Assembly (NCBI GenBank): GCA_003217895.1
Contig: QHMS01000254.1
Coordinates: 1-44,113, forward strand
Length of the DNA: 44,113 nt
Direction: 5' to 3'
Source of the DNA: Verrucomicrobiota bacterium
GTDB taxonomy: Bacteria > Verrucomicrobiota > Verrucomicrobiia > Chthoniobacterales > UBA10450
Below the pieces are notes generated by a model. The model saw only the letters and a program-made list of their open reading frames with translations, was not told the origin of the DNA and did no database searches. The position numbers were made by a program, and so were the translations under genes. Shown here piece by piece: positions 34,968 through 43,083 of this stretch; the first letter of the stretch is position 1; every line of letters starts with the position of its first letter.

Positions 34968-35978
34968 TTACTGGATTCCGAGAAATTCCAAACTTGCGCC
35001 AAGATCGCTGAATGCCGCTTGGGCCAGTACATTGTGGCCCTCCACCGACGCGTGCCAACCATCGATTGGATGGAGTAATTCCGCGCGGCTGAGGTCGGCT
35101 GTTGCCAACGCATCGGAATATCGCAACTGGACGTTTCCACTGAGCTCACGCTGCAACTGTTCCACCATGGTGCGTAATTCTTCGTTCACCATCGAAGCGA
35201 GGCGAACCAAATTGCGGCGATAAGCTGGATGGAAAGAGAGCAGGTATTTGTACGTCGTTTCCAAGTGTGGGTACAGACTCGTGTCTGACTCTCGAAGGCG
35301 CTCGGCCGCCTCGCGACCTTTGAAATACAATTCGAAATTTATGAGTCCGAAAACGACGACGGCCACGCGATGTCTTTCCCTTCCAGCGCGTCGGAGTACG
35401 CGGCGCAGCTCGCGACCATAGTTCTCCCGGAACTCTTTGCATTGGTAGTTCAAACGCCGCTCCGGTACAATCAATTCATTCGGCGGACACCGCCACGCCC
35501 AATCGACATTGTTGTGCCCGATTGAGATTAAAATCAGATCGGGAAACCGCGGCGCTCGCAGGAGCTGATTGATTTGTCCGGAAAAATTGCGCGTCCCGAG
35601 AATGCGTCGAAAAAAATTTTCTCGGCCAGGCTCGTGATCGACCATCGCGCCAATTCCCGCGTATTCGATTGCGACCAAAGGCGTGACCTCTTCCAGTCTT
35701 TTGGAAACGCTGTGAATGCGCGAAGGCACCGAACCATTATCGAGAAACCAATTCCCCCCGCATCGAGTATGTGCGCGCCAGAACGTGCTACAGGGCGATG
35801 AGATGTAAATGTCCATGCAGACGCTGTCGCCGAGCATTGCCACGTGTGGCAGCCGCGCGGCCAGTTCGTCTTTCGTAACCCCACCGTTTCGGTATGCCAG
35901 ATAATCTGAATGAAGCTGTGACGTCGGCTCTGCAATTCGTTCCAGAAAACTCGCGCTGACAATCGGGACAGACCTCAT
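34968..35978 (-). CDS. SGNH/GDSL-type hydrolase (lipase/esterase-like)
   Basis: Block I AMLGDSV, block III SIGHNNV, block V IDGWHAS (DxxH). No signal peptide seen. The start ATG is 3 nt downstream of the stop of the LMF-family gene. Confidence 0.7.
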   Translation of the reverse strand: MRSVPIVSASFLERIAEPTSQLHSDYLAYRNGGVTKDELAARLPHVAMLGDSVCMDIYISSPCSTFWRAHTRCGGNWFLDNGSVPSRIHSVSKRLEEVTPLVAIEYAGIGAMVDHEPGRENFFRRILGTRNFSGQINQLLRAPRFPDLILISIGHNNVDWAWRCPPNELIVPERRLNYQCKEFRENYGRELRRVLRRAGRERHRVAVVVFGLINFELYFKGREAAERLRESDTSLYPHLETTYKYLLSFHPAYRRNLVRLASMVNEELRTMVEQLQRELSGNVQLRYSDALATADLSRAELLHPIDGWHASVEGHNVLAQAAFSDLGASLEFLGIQ

Positions 35979-35981
35979 GCT

Positions 35982-37508
35982 CTAATCGAGCCAATCCATC
36001 TCTTCGAGCAACCGCCGAAACCGTGGATCGTCCATTGAAAGCGCGGGCAGCCATTCGCTGATTGGTTCGCGTTTCCACCATTCTTTCTCGCCAAGCGGAG
36101 CGAACTGATAACGATAGAGTCGCGCGCGAATGTAATGAGGGGGCCCATCGGGAAAGGGATTGTTCGCCAGCAGTGAGAGTGTGCCGCGATCGTTGTGGAG
36201 AAGTTTCCAGACAAAATGCAGCGTCCACGGGTACTCACCGGGTGACGCCATCGCTGCGAACCAGATTTGCCAATCGATGCGCGGCTGATACGGCGCGACG
36301 AACGGCGGCCGCCGATTTGGATCACCTGGCTTGGCTTTGAACTCATATTCCTTCCATTTCGTATCGCCGGTAATTATGGCATCGTCCGTTCCCTCAAAAA
36401 TAATTTCGTCGCGTTCGCGCCCGACGGTGCCAAATGCCCCGTAGGTGTTTACGAGATCCAGCGGATCGTAGGAGTAATTCATTAGCTGCCGGCCGGAGGC
36501 GAGGTTGAACACTGTCGGTACGCTGAGCCAACCAACCAATATCGACAATATGACAGCAATCGCGTTGTTGATTCGCGACGGCTGCGATTCCTGAGCAGCG
36601 CGTTCGGCGCGTCTGACGATCGCTCCCGGCAAGAAATGGCGAAGGAACGTATCATCGAAGCACGCGAAAAAAGGAATGATGGTGAGATAGTTCAGGAACG
36701 AAAGGTTGCCGCTGATGATGAGAAAAATCTGAAACGTAATAAGAAGCACCCCGGCAATATGGCGCGCCGTTCGCGGTCCGAACGAGAACCACGGCACGAT
36801 CAGTTCGACGAAGTGGTTCCAAGCCGTCTCGAATTTAAGCAGCCAATCAGGTGAAAAATGCAGATAGCGACTGATCGGACTGGGGATGGGTTGCGTCTCG
36901 TAGTGATAGTAAAGGCAGGTAAGATCGCGCCAGCACGGGTCGCCGCGCAGTTTGATCAGGCCTGCGCCAATCATGATCCGAAATCCAAGCCAACGGAAAA
37001 GCCAGATAACCAGAATCGGTGGCCGGCTCTTTGGAAATGGCCGCCCATCGAACAACGGGCAAAGAAAGATCGACAAGAACCCAGTCTCAAGCAGTTGAAT
37101 CTCCCAGCCGTACCCGTACCAGATCTGTCCGATGTGAACGATCGACATGTACATCACCCAAAGCACCGCGAGCAAAATTGCATTTGCGTAGCCGCCGAGA
37201 ACGACGAGCGACAGCGCAAAGCCAACCCACGAGAAAATTGCTAATAAGCTATCAGAAATTCCAAACCAGAAGAGTGTGGGCACTCGCAGCATGCCAGCAG
37301 TTTGCGAACCGAGTTGCGTTTCGATGCTCGCGAGAAAATGGTTCGCGGGCGTTAATCCATGCTCGCCAATGAGCGGCACCAACTGCCGGGCTGCTACTAA
37401 AAAAGCGACCGCGTAAACAAAACCCAGCAGCCGCAGAATAACGAACCGCGTCAGCCAATAAGAGTTTCCCAGTGTGAAAAACTTCTGAAAGACGTTTTCC
37501 TGATCCAT
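35982..37508 (-). CDS. lipase maturation factor (LMF1) family membrane protein
   Basis: Start set at ATG 37508 (MDQENVFQKFF...). NSYWLTRFVILRLLGFVYAVAFLVAARQLVPLIGEHGLTP and the C-terminal ARLYRYQFAP match the LMF family pattern as I remember it. It has multiple transmembrane helices. Confidence 0.75.
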   Translation of the reverse strand: MDQENVFQKFFTLGNSYWLTRFVILRLLGFVYAVAFLVAARQLVPLIGEHGLTPANHFLASIETQLGSQTAGMLRVPTLFWFGISDSLLAIFSWVGFALSLVVLGGYANAILLAVLWVMYMSIVHIGQIWYGYGWEIQLLETGFLSIFLCPLFDGRPFPKSRPPILVIWLFRWLGFRIMIGAGLIKLRGDPCWRDLTCLYYHYETQPIPSPISRYLHFSPDWLLKFETAWNHFVELIVPWFSFGPRTARHIAGVLLITFQIFLIISGNLSFLNYLTIIPFFACFDDTFLRHFLPGAIVRRAERAAQESQPSRINNAIAVILSILVGWLSVPTVFNLASGRQLMNYSYDPLDLVNTYGAFGTVGRERDEIIFEGTDDAIITGDTKWKEYEFKAKPGDPNRRPPFVAPYQPRIDWQIWFAAMASPGEYPWTLHFVWKLLHNDRGTLSLLANNPFPDGPPHYIRARLYRYQFAPLGEKEWWKREPISEWLPALSMDDPRFRRLLEEMDWLD

Positions 37509-37520
37509 TGTCGAGCAAAA

Positions 37521-37555
37521 ACGTCCAACGCCGAACGTCCAACGTCCAACGCTCA
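37521..37555. repeat. five tandem heptamers in the 5' leader of the LMF-family gene
   Basis: Plus strand: ACGTCCA ACGCCGA ACGTCCA ACGTCCA ACGCTCA. The coding (minus) strand reads TGAGCGT TGGACGT TGGACGT TCGGCGT TGGACGT. The array ends 12 nt upstream of the ATG, and no Shine-Dalgarno sequence is visible. Confidence 0.9.
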
Positions 37556-37575
37556 ATCAATTGGCAAATAAGAAA

Positions 37576-37647
37576 TGCCAGGGGGGAGATTCGAACTCCC
37601 GACCAAGGGCTTATGAGTCCCCTGCTCTACCACTGAGCTACCCTGGC
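37576..37647 (-). tRNA. tRNA with anticodon CAT (elongator Met or lysidine-dependent Ile2); no encoded CCA
   Basis: GCCAGGG-TA-GCTC-AGTGGTA-GAGC-A-GGGGA-CTCATAA-GCCCT-TGGTC-GGGAG-TTCGAAT-CTCCC-CCCTGGC-A. The acceptor, D and T arms pair perfectly. The G1-C72 pair excludes an initiator tRNA. Confidence 0.9.
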
Positions 37648-37709
37648 GTGAGGGAGAGAAAGTTGAACGCGTCACATTAGGTGTCAACGCGCACAGATGT
37701 TGAGCGAGA

Positions 37710-38486
37710 TTACTGTCCTGTCGTGTTGGAAATATACAGCGCCAGGTCTTTCTCGCTCCCTCGCAGTGCGGCCATGAAGCACACCCCGCTGCGCTCGGTC
37801 ACTGCGCCGGCCCAGCCTTCCTGATGAACGTAGCGCCATCCGGGAAACCACAGCACCGCGCCGGTTTTCGGATTCCGCTCCGCGGGAAAAAGAAATAGCT
37901 GTATCCGTTTTTCGGCGAGCCAGATTTGAGCAATGCGACGCGACTCTTCATCCTCGAAAACGCGGCAACCGATTGTACGAAAATCGCCGAATTCCGCTGG
38001 GACATCGTAATGTTCCAGCCCGTGTTTCATAAAAAACAGATCGCTCAATGTTCCCGCTTCGGTGCTTACCGGATCCAGCATCACCGGTCGCGTGGAAGCA
38101 GCTACAGTCAATAACTTCCGAGCGGTCGCCGATCCCGGAAAATCATTTAGGCGACTGAGCACTTGAAACACGGAGACTCCAGCAATCACCACGACCGCGA
38201 TGCTGATCGCAAGGACGGCGGGGTTCCGCGCCATTTTTCTCCACGTCCACTTCGAGCCGACATTCAGGTCTTTCTCCGAGAACCACTCAGCCGTTTCGGG
38301 CGGAATTGGAATGAGGTGAACGATCTCGGCGACAGCGCGATCGAAGTTCTGCTGCTTGCGAAATTCATCGGAGTCATCTGCGCGGGCTACGACTGCGCGC
38401 ATGGAACGATCGGCCAGCCTGTCGTGGCTGATTGGCGCGCAATTCAAAAGTGTGCGTTGCCGGCGCAACAACCGCGACATTTTCAT
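37710..38486 (-). CDS. anti-sigma factor-like single-pass membrane protein
   Basis: Start set at ATG 38486, which forms an ATGA overlap with the stop of the sigma-factor gene. A central transmembrane helix (AVLAISIAVVVIAGVSVF) separates the cytoplasmic N-terminus from the C-terminal domain. Confidence 0.6.
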   Translation of the reverse strand: MKMSRLLRRQRTLLNCAPISHDRLADRSMRAVVARADDSDEFRKQQNFDRAVAEIVHLIPIPPETAEWFSEKDLNVGSKWTWRKMARNPAVLAISIAVVVIAGVSVFQVLSRLNDFPGSATARKLLTVAASTRPVMLDPVSTEAGTLSDLFFMKHGLEHYDVPAEFGDFRTIGCRVFEDEESRRIAQIWLAEKRIQLFLFPAERNPKTGAVLWFPGWRYVHQEGWAGAVTERSGVCFMAALRGSEKDLALYISNTTGQ

Positions 38487-39022
38487 ACTTTGCCTTGTTG
38501 AGGCTGCTTCGCGTCCAGCCATGCTTGCAGTTGCTGGCGACCCTGTGCGAGAAACCGGGAAAGCTCGTTGAGCTTGAGTTCCGCGAGGTCAAGAATTTCC
38601 TGGTAATCAAATTCATCGAGGTAAAAAAGTGCTAGCGCGGTCCTCTGCGGATCGGGTGCGCCGGAAATCCAAACTGCGAGTTGTGCGGGCTCGAGCTTTT
38701 CAATCTGTGATGCAGCATGCGGAGCCACGTCATGCTCATCAAGTTTGAGCGCCTCCGGTTGCAAATCCTCTTTGACAGTTTCCAAACAGCGCCAGCGGGC
38801 ATCGCGGAAAAGCCAAAACGGTTCCCTGGGTAGTTCCCCCTGCGCCGCGCGCAGAGCTGCTTCGCGCAAAGTGGTTTGAAAAACTTCCTGCGCTTTGGCT
38901 GAGTCGCCCAGCATTAAGAAGCAGAAACGATAAAGTTGCGGCAGATTTTGTTTTCGATCCGGCACGCGTGATGTCCCCGCAAAGAATTCCGTGCACTTTA
39001 CGCTAGTCCCTAGGATCGACAA
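38483..39022 (-). CDS. ECF-type sigma-70 family sigma factor (divergent)
   Basis: Region-2-like LYRFCFLMLGDSAKAQEVFQTTL and region-4-like RTALALFYLDEFDYQEILDLAELKLNELSRFLAQGRQQL. The listed start is TTG, and GTG at 38965 is an alternative. Confidence 0.6.
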   Translation of the reverse strand: MSILGTSVKCTEFFAGTSRVPDRKQNLPQLYRFCFLMLGDSAKAQEVFQTTLREAALRAAQGELPREPFWLFRDARWRCLETVKEDLQPEALKLDEHDVAPHAASQIEKLEPAQLAVWISGAPDPQRTALALFYLDEFDYQEILDLAELKLNELSRFLAQGRQQLQAWLDAKQPQQGKV

Positions 39023-39057
39023 GTTGCAGCCGGTTGGCTCGGCGAAAGGCCTGAGGG

Positions 39058-39129
39058 CTGTAGCGTCTGCTGTCTCAGCGGACTCCGCTGCACTAAGAGC
39101 CTACGCGCTGAGGCAGCGCACACTGCAGC
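39058..39129. repeat. degenerate REP-like hairpin cluster
   Basis: CTGTAGCG head at 39058. Hairpins are CAGCGG-act-CCGCTG and GCGCTG-agg-CAGCGC. Intergenic between the dapL stop (the TAG at 39133 abuts the element) and the sigma-factor start. The outer arms are imperfect. Confidence 0.45.
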
Positions 39130-39132
39130 AAA

Positions 39133-40368
39133 CTACTGTAAACTTTTTAGTCGCCCCGCTACTGCCTCAGCGTTCTCTCGGCTGTTGAATGCGGAAATGC
39201 GAAAGTAGCCTTCCCCGTGGGCGCCAAACCCAGCACCCGGAGTGATCACGACATTCAGCTCGCGCAGCATTCGATCGAACATCTGCCAGCTCGTGAGGCC
39301 GTCGGGTGTTTTCAGCCAGATGTACGGCGCGTTTACTCCACCAAAAGTTTCAAGTCCAGCATCGGCCGCAGCGTCGCGAAGGAGGTTTGCGTTGCCCATG
39401 TAATGGTCGATGAGAGCGCGCACCTGCTTGCGACCTTCAGGTAAATACAACGCCTCTGCGCCGCGTTGCACCGGATAACTCACGCTGTTGGATTTTGTGC
39501 TCCAGCGCCGCTGCCAAAACGGATGAAACGGCAATCGCCGGCCGTTCTCCGTCCGCGCCAGCAGCGATTTCGGCATCACCGTAAATCCGCAACGCACGCC
39601 GGTGAACCCTCCGTTCTTGGAAAAACTGCGCAGTTCAATCGCGCATTCGCGCGCGCCTGGGATTTGGAAAATTGAATGCGGAATGTCTGGATCTGAAATG
39701 TACGCCTCGTAAGCGGCGTCAAATAGCAGAAGCGCCTCATGCTCGCGTGCGTAATCGACCCAGCGCGAGAGCTGCGCCCAAGAGGCCACCGCGCCGGTAG
39801 GATTATTGGGGAAACAAAGATAAACCAGATCGAGATGTTCTTTTGGTGGGTCAGGCACAAAATTATTTTCCGCCGTGCACGGCAAATAAACGATCCCTTC
39901 ATAGCTGCCGTCTTTCCTGCATTGGCCGGTGTGGCCGGCCATCACGTTTGTATCCACATAGACCGGATAAACCGGATCGGGGACGGCCACCTTGTTTTGG
40001 TCACCGAGAATATCGAGGATATAACCGCAATCGCATTTTGAGCCGTCGGAGATAAAAATTTCGTCGTCGGCAATCTCGATATTTCGGTCGCGATAGTCAC
40101 ACTGCGCGATCGTTGACCGTAGAAATTCGTAGCCCTGCTCCGGACCATAGCCCCGAAATGTTTTGGGATGGCCGAGCTCTTCGACGGCCCGCTTCATCGC
40201 TTCAACTGCCGCGCGCGGTAACGGCTCGGTTACATCGCCAATGCCGCAGCGGATGAGCCGCTTCGTCGTTTCAGGATTGGCCTCGCAGAATTCGCGCACG
40301 CGGCGTGCGACTTCCGGGAACAAATAGCCGGCCTGAAGCTTGAGATAATTTTCGTTGAGATAAGCCAT
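39133..40368 (-). CDS. dapL: LL-diaminopimelate aminotransferase
   Basis: Start set at ATG 40368 ([24 protein letters not shown]...). Full-length DapL-type pattern including the [13 protein letters not shown]-lysine block. Confidence 0.88.
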   Translation of the reverse strand: MAYLNENYLKLQAGYLFPEVARRVREFCEANPETTKRLIRCGIGDVTEPLPRAAVEAMKRAVEELGHPKTFRGYGPEQGYEFLRSTIAQCDYRDRNIEIADDEIFISDGSKCDCGYILDILGDQNKVAVPDPVYPVYVDTNVMAGHTGQCRKDGSYEGIVYLPCTAENNFVPDPPKEHLDLVYLCFPNNPTGAVASWAQLSRWVDYAREHEALLLFDAAYEAYISDPDIPHSIFQIPGARECAIELRSFSKNGGFTGVRCGFTVMPKSLLARTENGRRLPFHPFWQRRWSTKSNSVSYPVQRGAEALYLPEGRKQVRALIDHYMGNANLLRDAAADAGLETFGGVNAPYIWLKTPDGLTSWQMFDRMLRELNVVITPGAGFGAHGEGYFRISAFNSRENAEAVAGRLKSLQ

Positions 40369-40370
40369 CG

Positions 40371-40437
40371 TTGTAGCGGCGTTTGTGTCAAACGCCGAAC
40401 GTAAAAAGATAGGCGCTTGGCACAAGCGCCTCTACAA
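40371..40437. repeat. REPIN-like inverted doublet (TTGTAGCGGCG ... CGCCTCTACAA)
   Basis: Plus-strand unit: TGTAG-CGGCGTTTG-TGT-CAAACGCCG (40372-40398). Minus-strand unit: TGTAG-AGGCGCTTG-TGC-CAAGCGCCT (40436 down to 40411). Confidence 0.8.
40402..40431 (-). terminator. probable intrinsic terminator of the sod gene (formed by one REP unit)
   Basis: On the minus strand AGGCGCTTG-tgc-CAAGCGCCT (9-bp GC stem) is followed by ATCTTTTTA. It lies ~25 nt after the sod stop codon. Confidence 0.55.
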
Positions 40438-40453
40438 CGTTTTCGCTCGCTTC

Positions 40454-41053
40454 TCAGTAGTTCTTTGCCACCGCGTCCCAATTCACCACGTTCCACCAAG
40501 CCTTAAGATAATCGGCACGTTTGTTTTGGTACTTCAGATAATACGCGTGCTCCCAGACGTCCACGCCGAGGATGGGCGTGTTGCCATCCATCAAAGGGCT
40601 GTCTTGATTTGGCGTCGAAATAATTTCGAGCTTTCCATTCTTGTTCTTAATCAGCCACGCCCAGCCGCTGCCGAAGCGTTTCACACCGGCATCGGCAAAT
40701 TTTTCCTTGAACTCGTCGAAGCTGCCGAATGCTGATTTGATATCATCAGCGAGCTTGCCTTTTGGTTCGCCGCCGGCGTTCGGTCCCATAATTTTCCAGA
40801 AGAAGGAATGGTTGGCGTGCCCGCCGCCGTTGTTGCGCACGACTGTGCGAATGTCCTCCGGCACTGATTTGAGATCGCTGATCAAGTCTTCTACCGATTT
40901 CTTTTCGAGATCGGCATTGCCTTTGATCGCCTTGTTGACGTTGTCGATGTAAGCTTGGTGATGCTTGGTATGATGGATTTCCATCGTCTTCGCATCGATG
41001 TGCGGTTCCAAAGCATCGTACGCATAAGGTAATTTTGGTAATTCGTAAGCCAT
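40454..41053 (-). CDS. Fe/Mn-family superoxide dismutase
   Basis: 199 aa. Contains [22 protein letters not shown] and [13 protein letters not shown]. Confidence 0.92.
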   Translation of the reverse strand: MAYELPKLPYAYDALEPHIDAKTMEIHHTKHHQAYIDNVNKAIKGNADLEKKSVEDLISDLKSVPEDIRTVVRNNGGGHANHSFFWKIMGPNAGGEPKGKLADDIKSAFGSFDEFKEKFADAGVKRFGSGWAWLIKNKNGKLEIISTPNQDSPLMDGNTPILGVDVWEHAYYLKYQNKRADYLKAWWNVVNWDAVAKNY

Positions 41054-41116
41054 AATCTATACAGTTAGATCGAATTACGTAGCGCGACAGGTTTTATTTT
41101 TCGCGCCAGTTGATCC

Positions 41117-41142
41117 GGCGCGCACAGAGTGACGCGCCCTAC
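41117..41142. repeat. single REP-like unit directly after the shc stop codon
   Basis: The minus strand reads TAG(stop)-GTAG-GGCGCGTCAC-tct-GTGCGCGCC (stem with one bulge). Confidence 0.5.
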
Positions 41143-43076
41143 CTAATCGCAGCGATAAAAACCCGGGCGATATGTGAGGCCATTGCGAGCATTGACGTAA
41201 GTCGCAAGGGCGAGCAGCGGAAAATTCTGGCGGTACATGTCGTATTTCAAATAAAACACGCCTGGGAAACCCGTGCCTGTAATCTGCTCTTCATCCCACG
41301 AGCCATCCGGGTTTTGCGAGCGCAGCAGATAACGCAATCCTCGCTGAATACTGGGCCGATCGAGATCGCCGCATGCGCAGATTCCCATGATTGCCCATGC
41401 TGTTTGCGATGCGGTGCTCTCGCCAATGCCTTTGGTCGATGGATTTTCGTAAGTCCCGCAGGTCTCCCCCCAACCGCCATCGTTGTTTTGACAGCTCTCA
41501 AGCCAATCACGGCCGCGCAGTATCCAGTCCTGCGTCATATCTTCGCCAATTGCGCGCAAGCCGCGCAGCACCTGCCAGGTACCGTAAATGTAATTTACTC
41601 CCCAGCGTCCATACCACGAGCCATCCTCATTCTGGGTGTCAATCAGATATTTAATGGCATCTCGGACGCACTTGGCGCTTCGATCAAATCCAATATAACC
41701 AAGCAGCTCAAGCGTGCGCGCAGTCAGATCGCTGCAGGTTGGATCTAGGATCGCGTTGTGATCTGCAAACGGCATGTCTTCCAGCCAGGGAGTTGTGACG
41801 TTTTTGTCGAACGCTCCCCAGCCGCCATCGCGACATTGGAAACTAAGCTGCCAGCCAAGCGCGCGATCAAAGAGTTCGTTGAGTGATTGCCGGTCTTTCG
41901 GTTGAACCAGCCGCAATGCCATCAACACCATCCCCGTGTCGTCCGTGTCTGGATAATAAATATTGTTGTACTCGAATTGCCGATCAACCAATCCACGGCC
42001 TTCTGAAGTGCGGGATGCTCGGGCGAAACGCCGGATTCCGCCAGCGAGATGATGCTGATGGCAGTGTCCCAAACGGGAGACAAACAGGGTTGAATGCGAA
42101 AATCTTCCGGGTTATCGACAAACAGCTCCGCAAAATCTTTCTCCGCCTTGGCATAAACCGGATTTGTTTTGGTATAGCCAAGCGCGCGTAAAGCAATCAG
42201 GCAATTCAGCATCGCTGGATACACGGCCGCGAGGCCATCGCTGCCTTCGCCAATCCGTTCAAGCATCCATCGTTCCGCTTCTTCGAGTGCGCGCCGCCGC
42301 AGCGGAAGAATCCGAAGCGGCCGCAGGAATTTGAAACAGTCATCCACTCGCAGAAAGAAATTGCGCCAAGTCCAGAACTTCTCGCTGCGAGGCAACCGCA
42401 AATCGGCTTGCTCGGTGCCGAGAGGATAGAGCTCGTGTAATTGCTTTTCGCCGGGCAAAATGCGAGTTGGTTTGAAATGGTTGATGATCGACAGCGGCAT
42501 GAGCATGGCGCGGCTCCACGACGACATCTTGTAGATGTGAAACGGCGCCCAGCTTGGCAGGAGGATCATTTCTACAGGGATCGCCGGGAGATATTTCCAC
42601 GGGAACTGCCCCAGGAGCGCCAGATAAAGCTTGCTGAATGTGTTCATCTGCGGAATGCCGCCGCGACGCATAATATTGGCGCGCGCCTCGCGCATAAACG
42701 GCGCGTCCGCCGAACAGCCAGCGAGTTTCAGCGCGAAATATGCTTTCACGGAAGCGTTGATCTCGCTCGGACCGCCGTGATAAATATTCCAACCGCCATC
42801 CGGCAGTTGCCGTTTCAAGATGTGACGAATGCAACGGCGCTGCAATTGCGCATCCACTTCACGGCACCAGTGCATGAAGAGGATGTAATCGGAGCATAAC
42901 GTGCTATCGACGATGAGCTCGCCACACCAGTGGCCATCGGGTTTCTGTTGCCGCAAAAGGTTTTCCTGCGCGCGTGCGATCGCGCGCGCGATCTCCTGAT
43001 CTGTCGCGGAATAAGATTCCGAGACCTCGGGCTGTGCGCTTGGCAAAACGATCAGGTTCTTCGACAGGTTCGGCAT
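41143..43076 (-). pseudogene. shc: squalene-hopene cyclase, split by an internal deletion/frameshift
   Basis: N-terminal part (MPNLSKN... to ...ALQKAVDWLIG) in one frame. C-terminal part (FEYNNIYYPDTDDTGMV..., several QW-type DGGWG repeats, GTGFPG) in another frame. The conserved ~20 aa between the WLxxxQ and GGWAF blocks are missing at about 41975-41980. Confidence 0.75.
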
Positions 43077-43083
43077 GTCGATC

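Noticed and set aside
37509-37709. tRNA gene as the integration site of a genomic island or prophage.
   Set aside because: There is no integrase and no direct repeat of the tRNA 3' end. The flanking genes (LMF homolog, ECF sigma/anti-sigma) do not look mobile.
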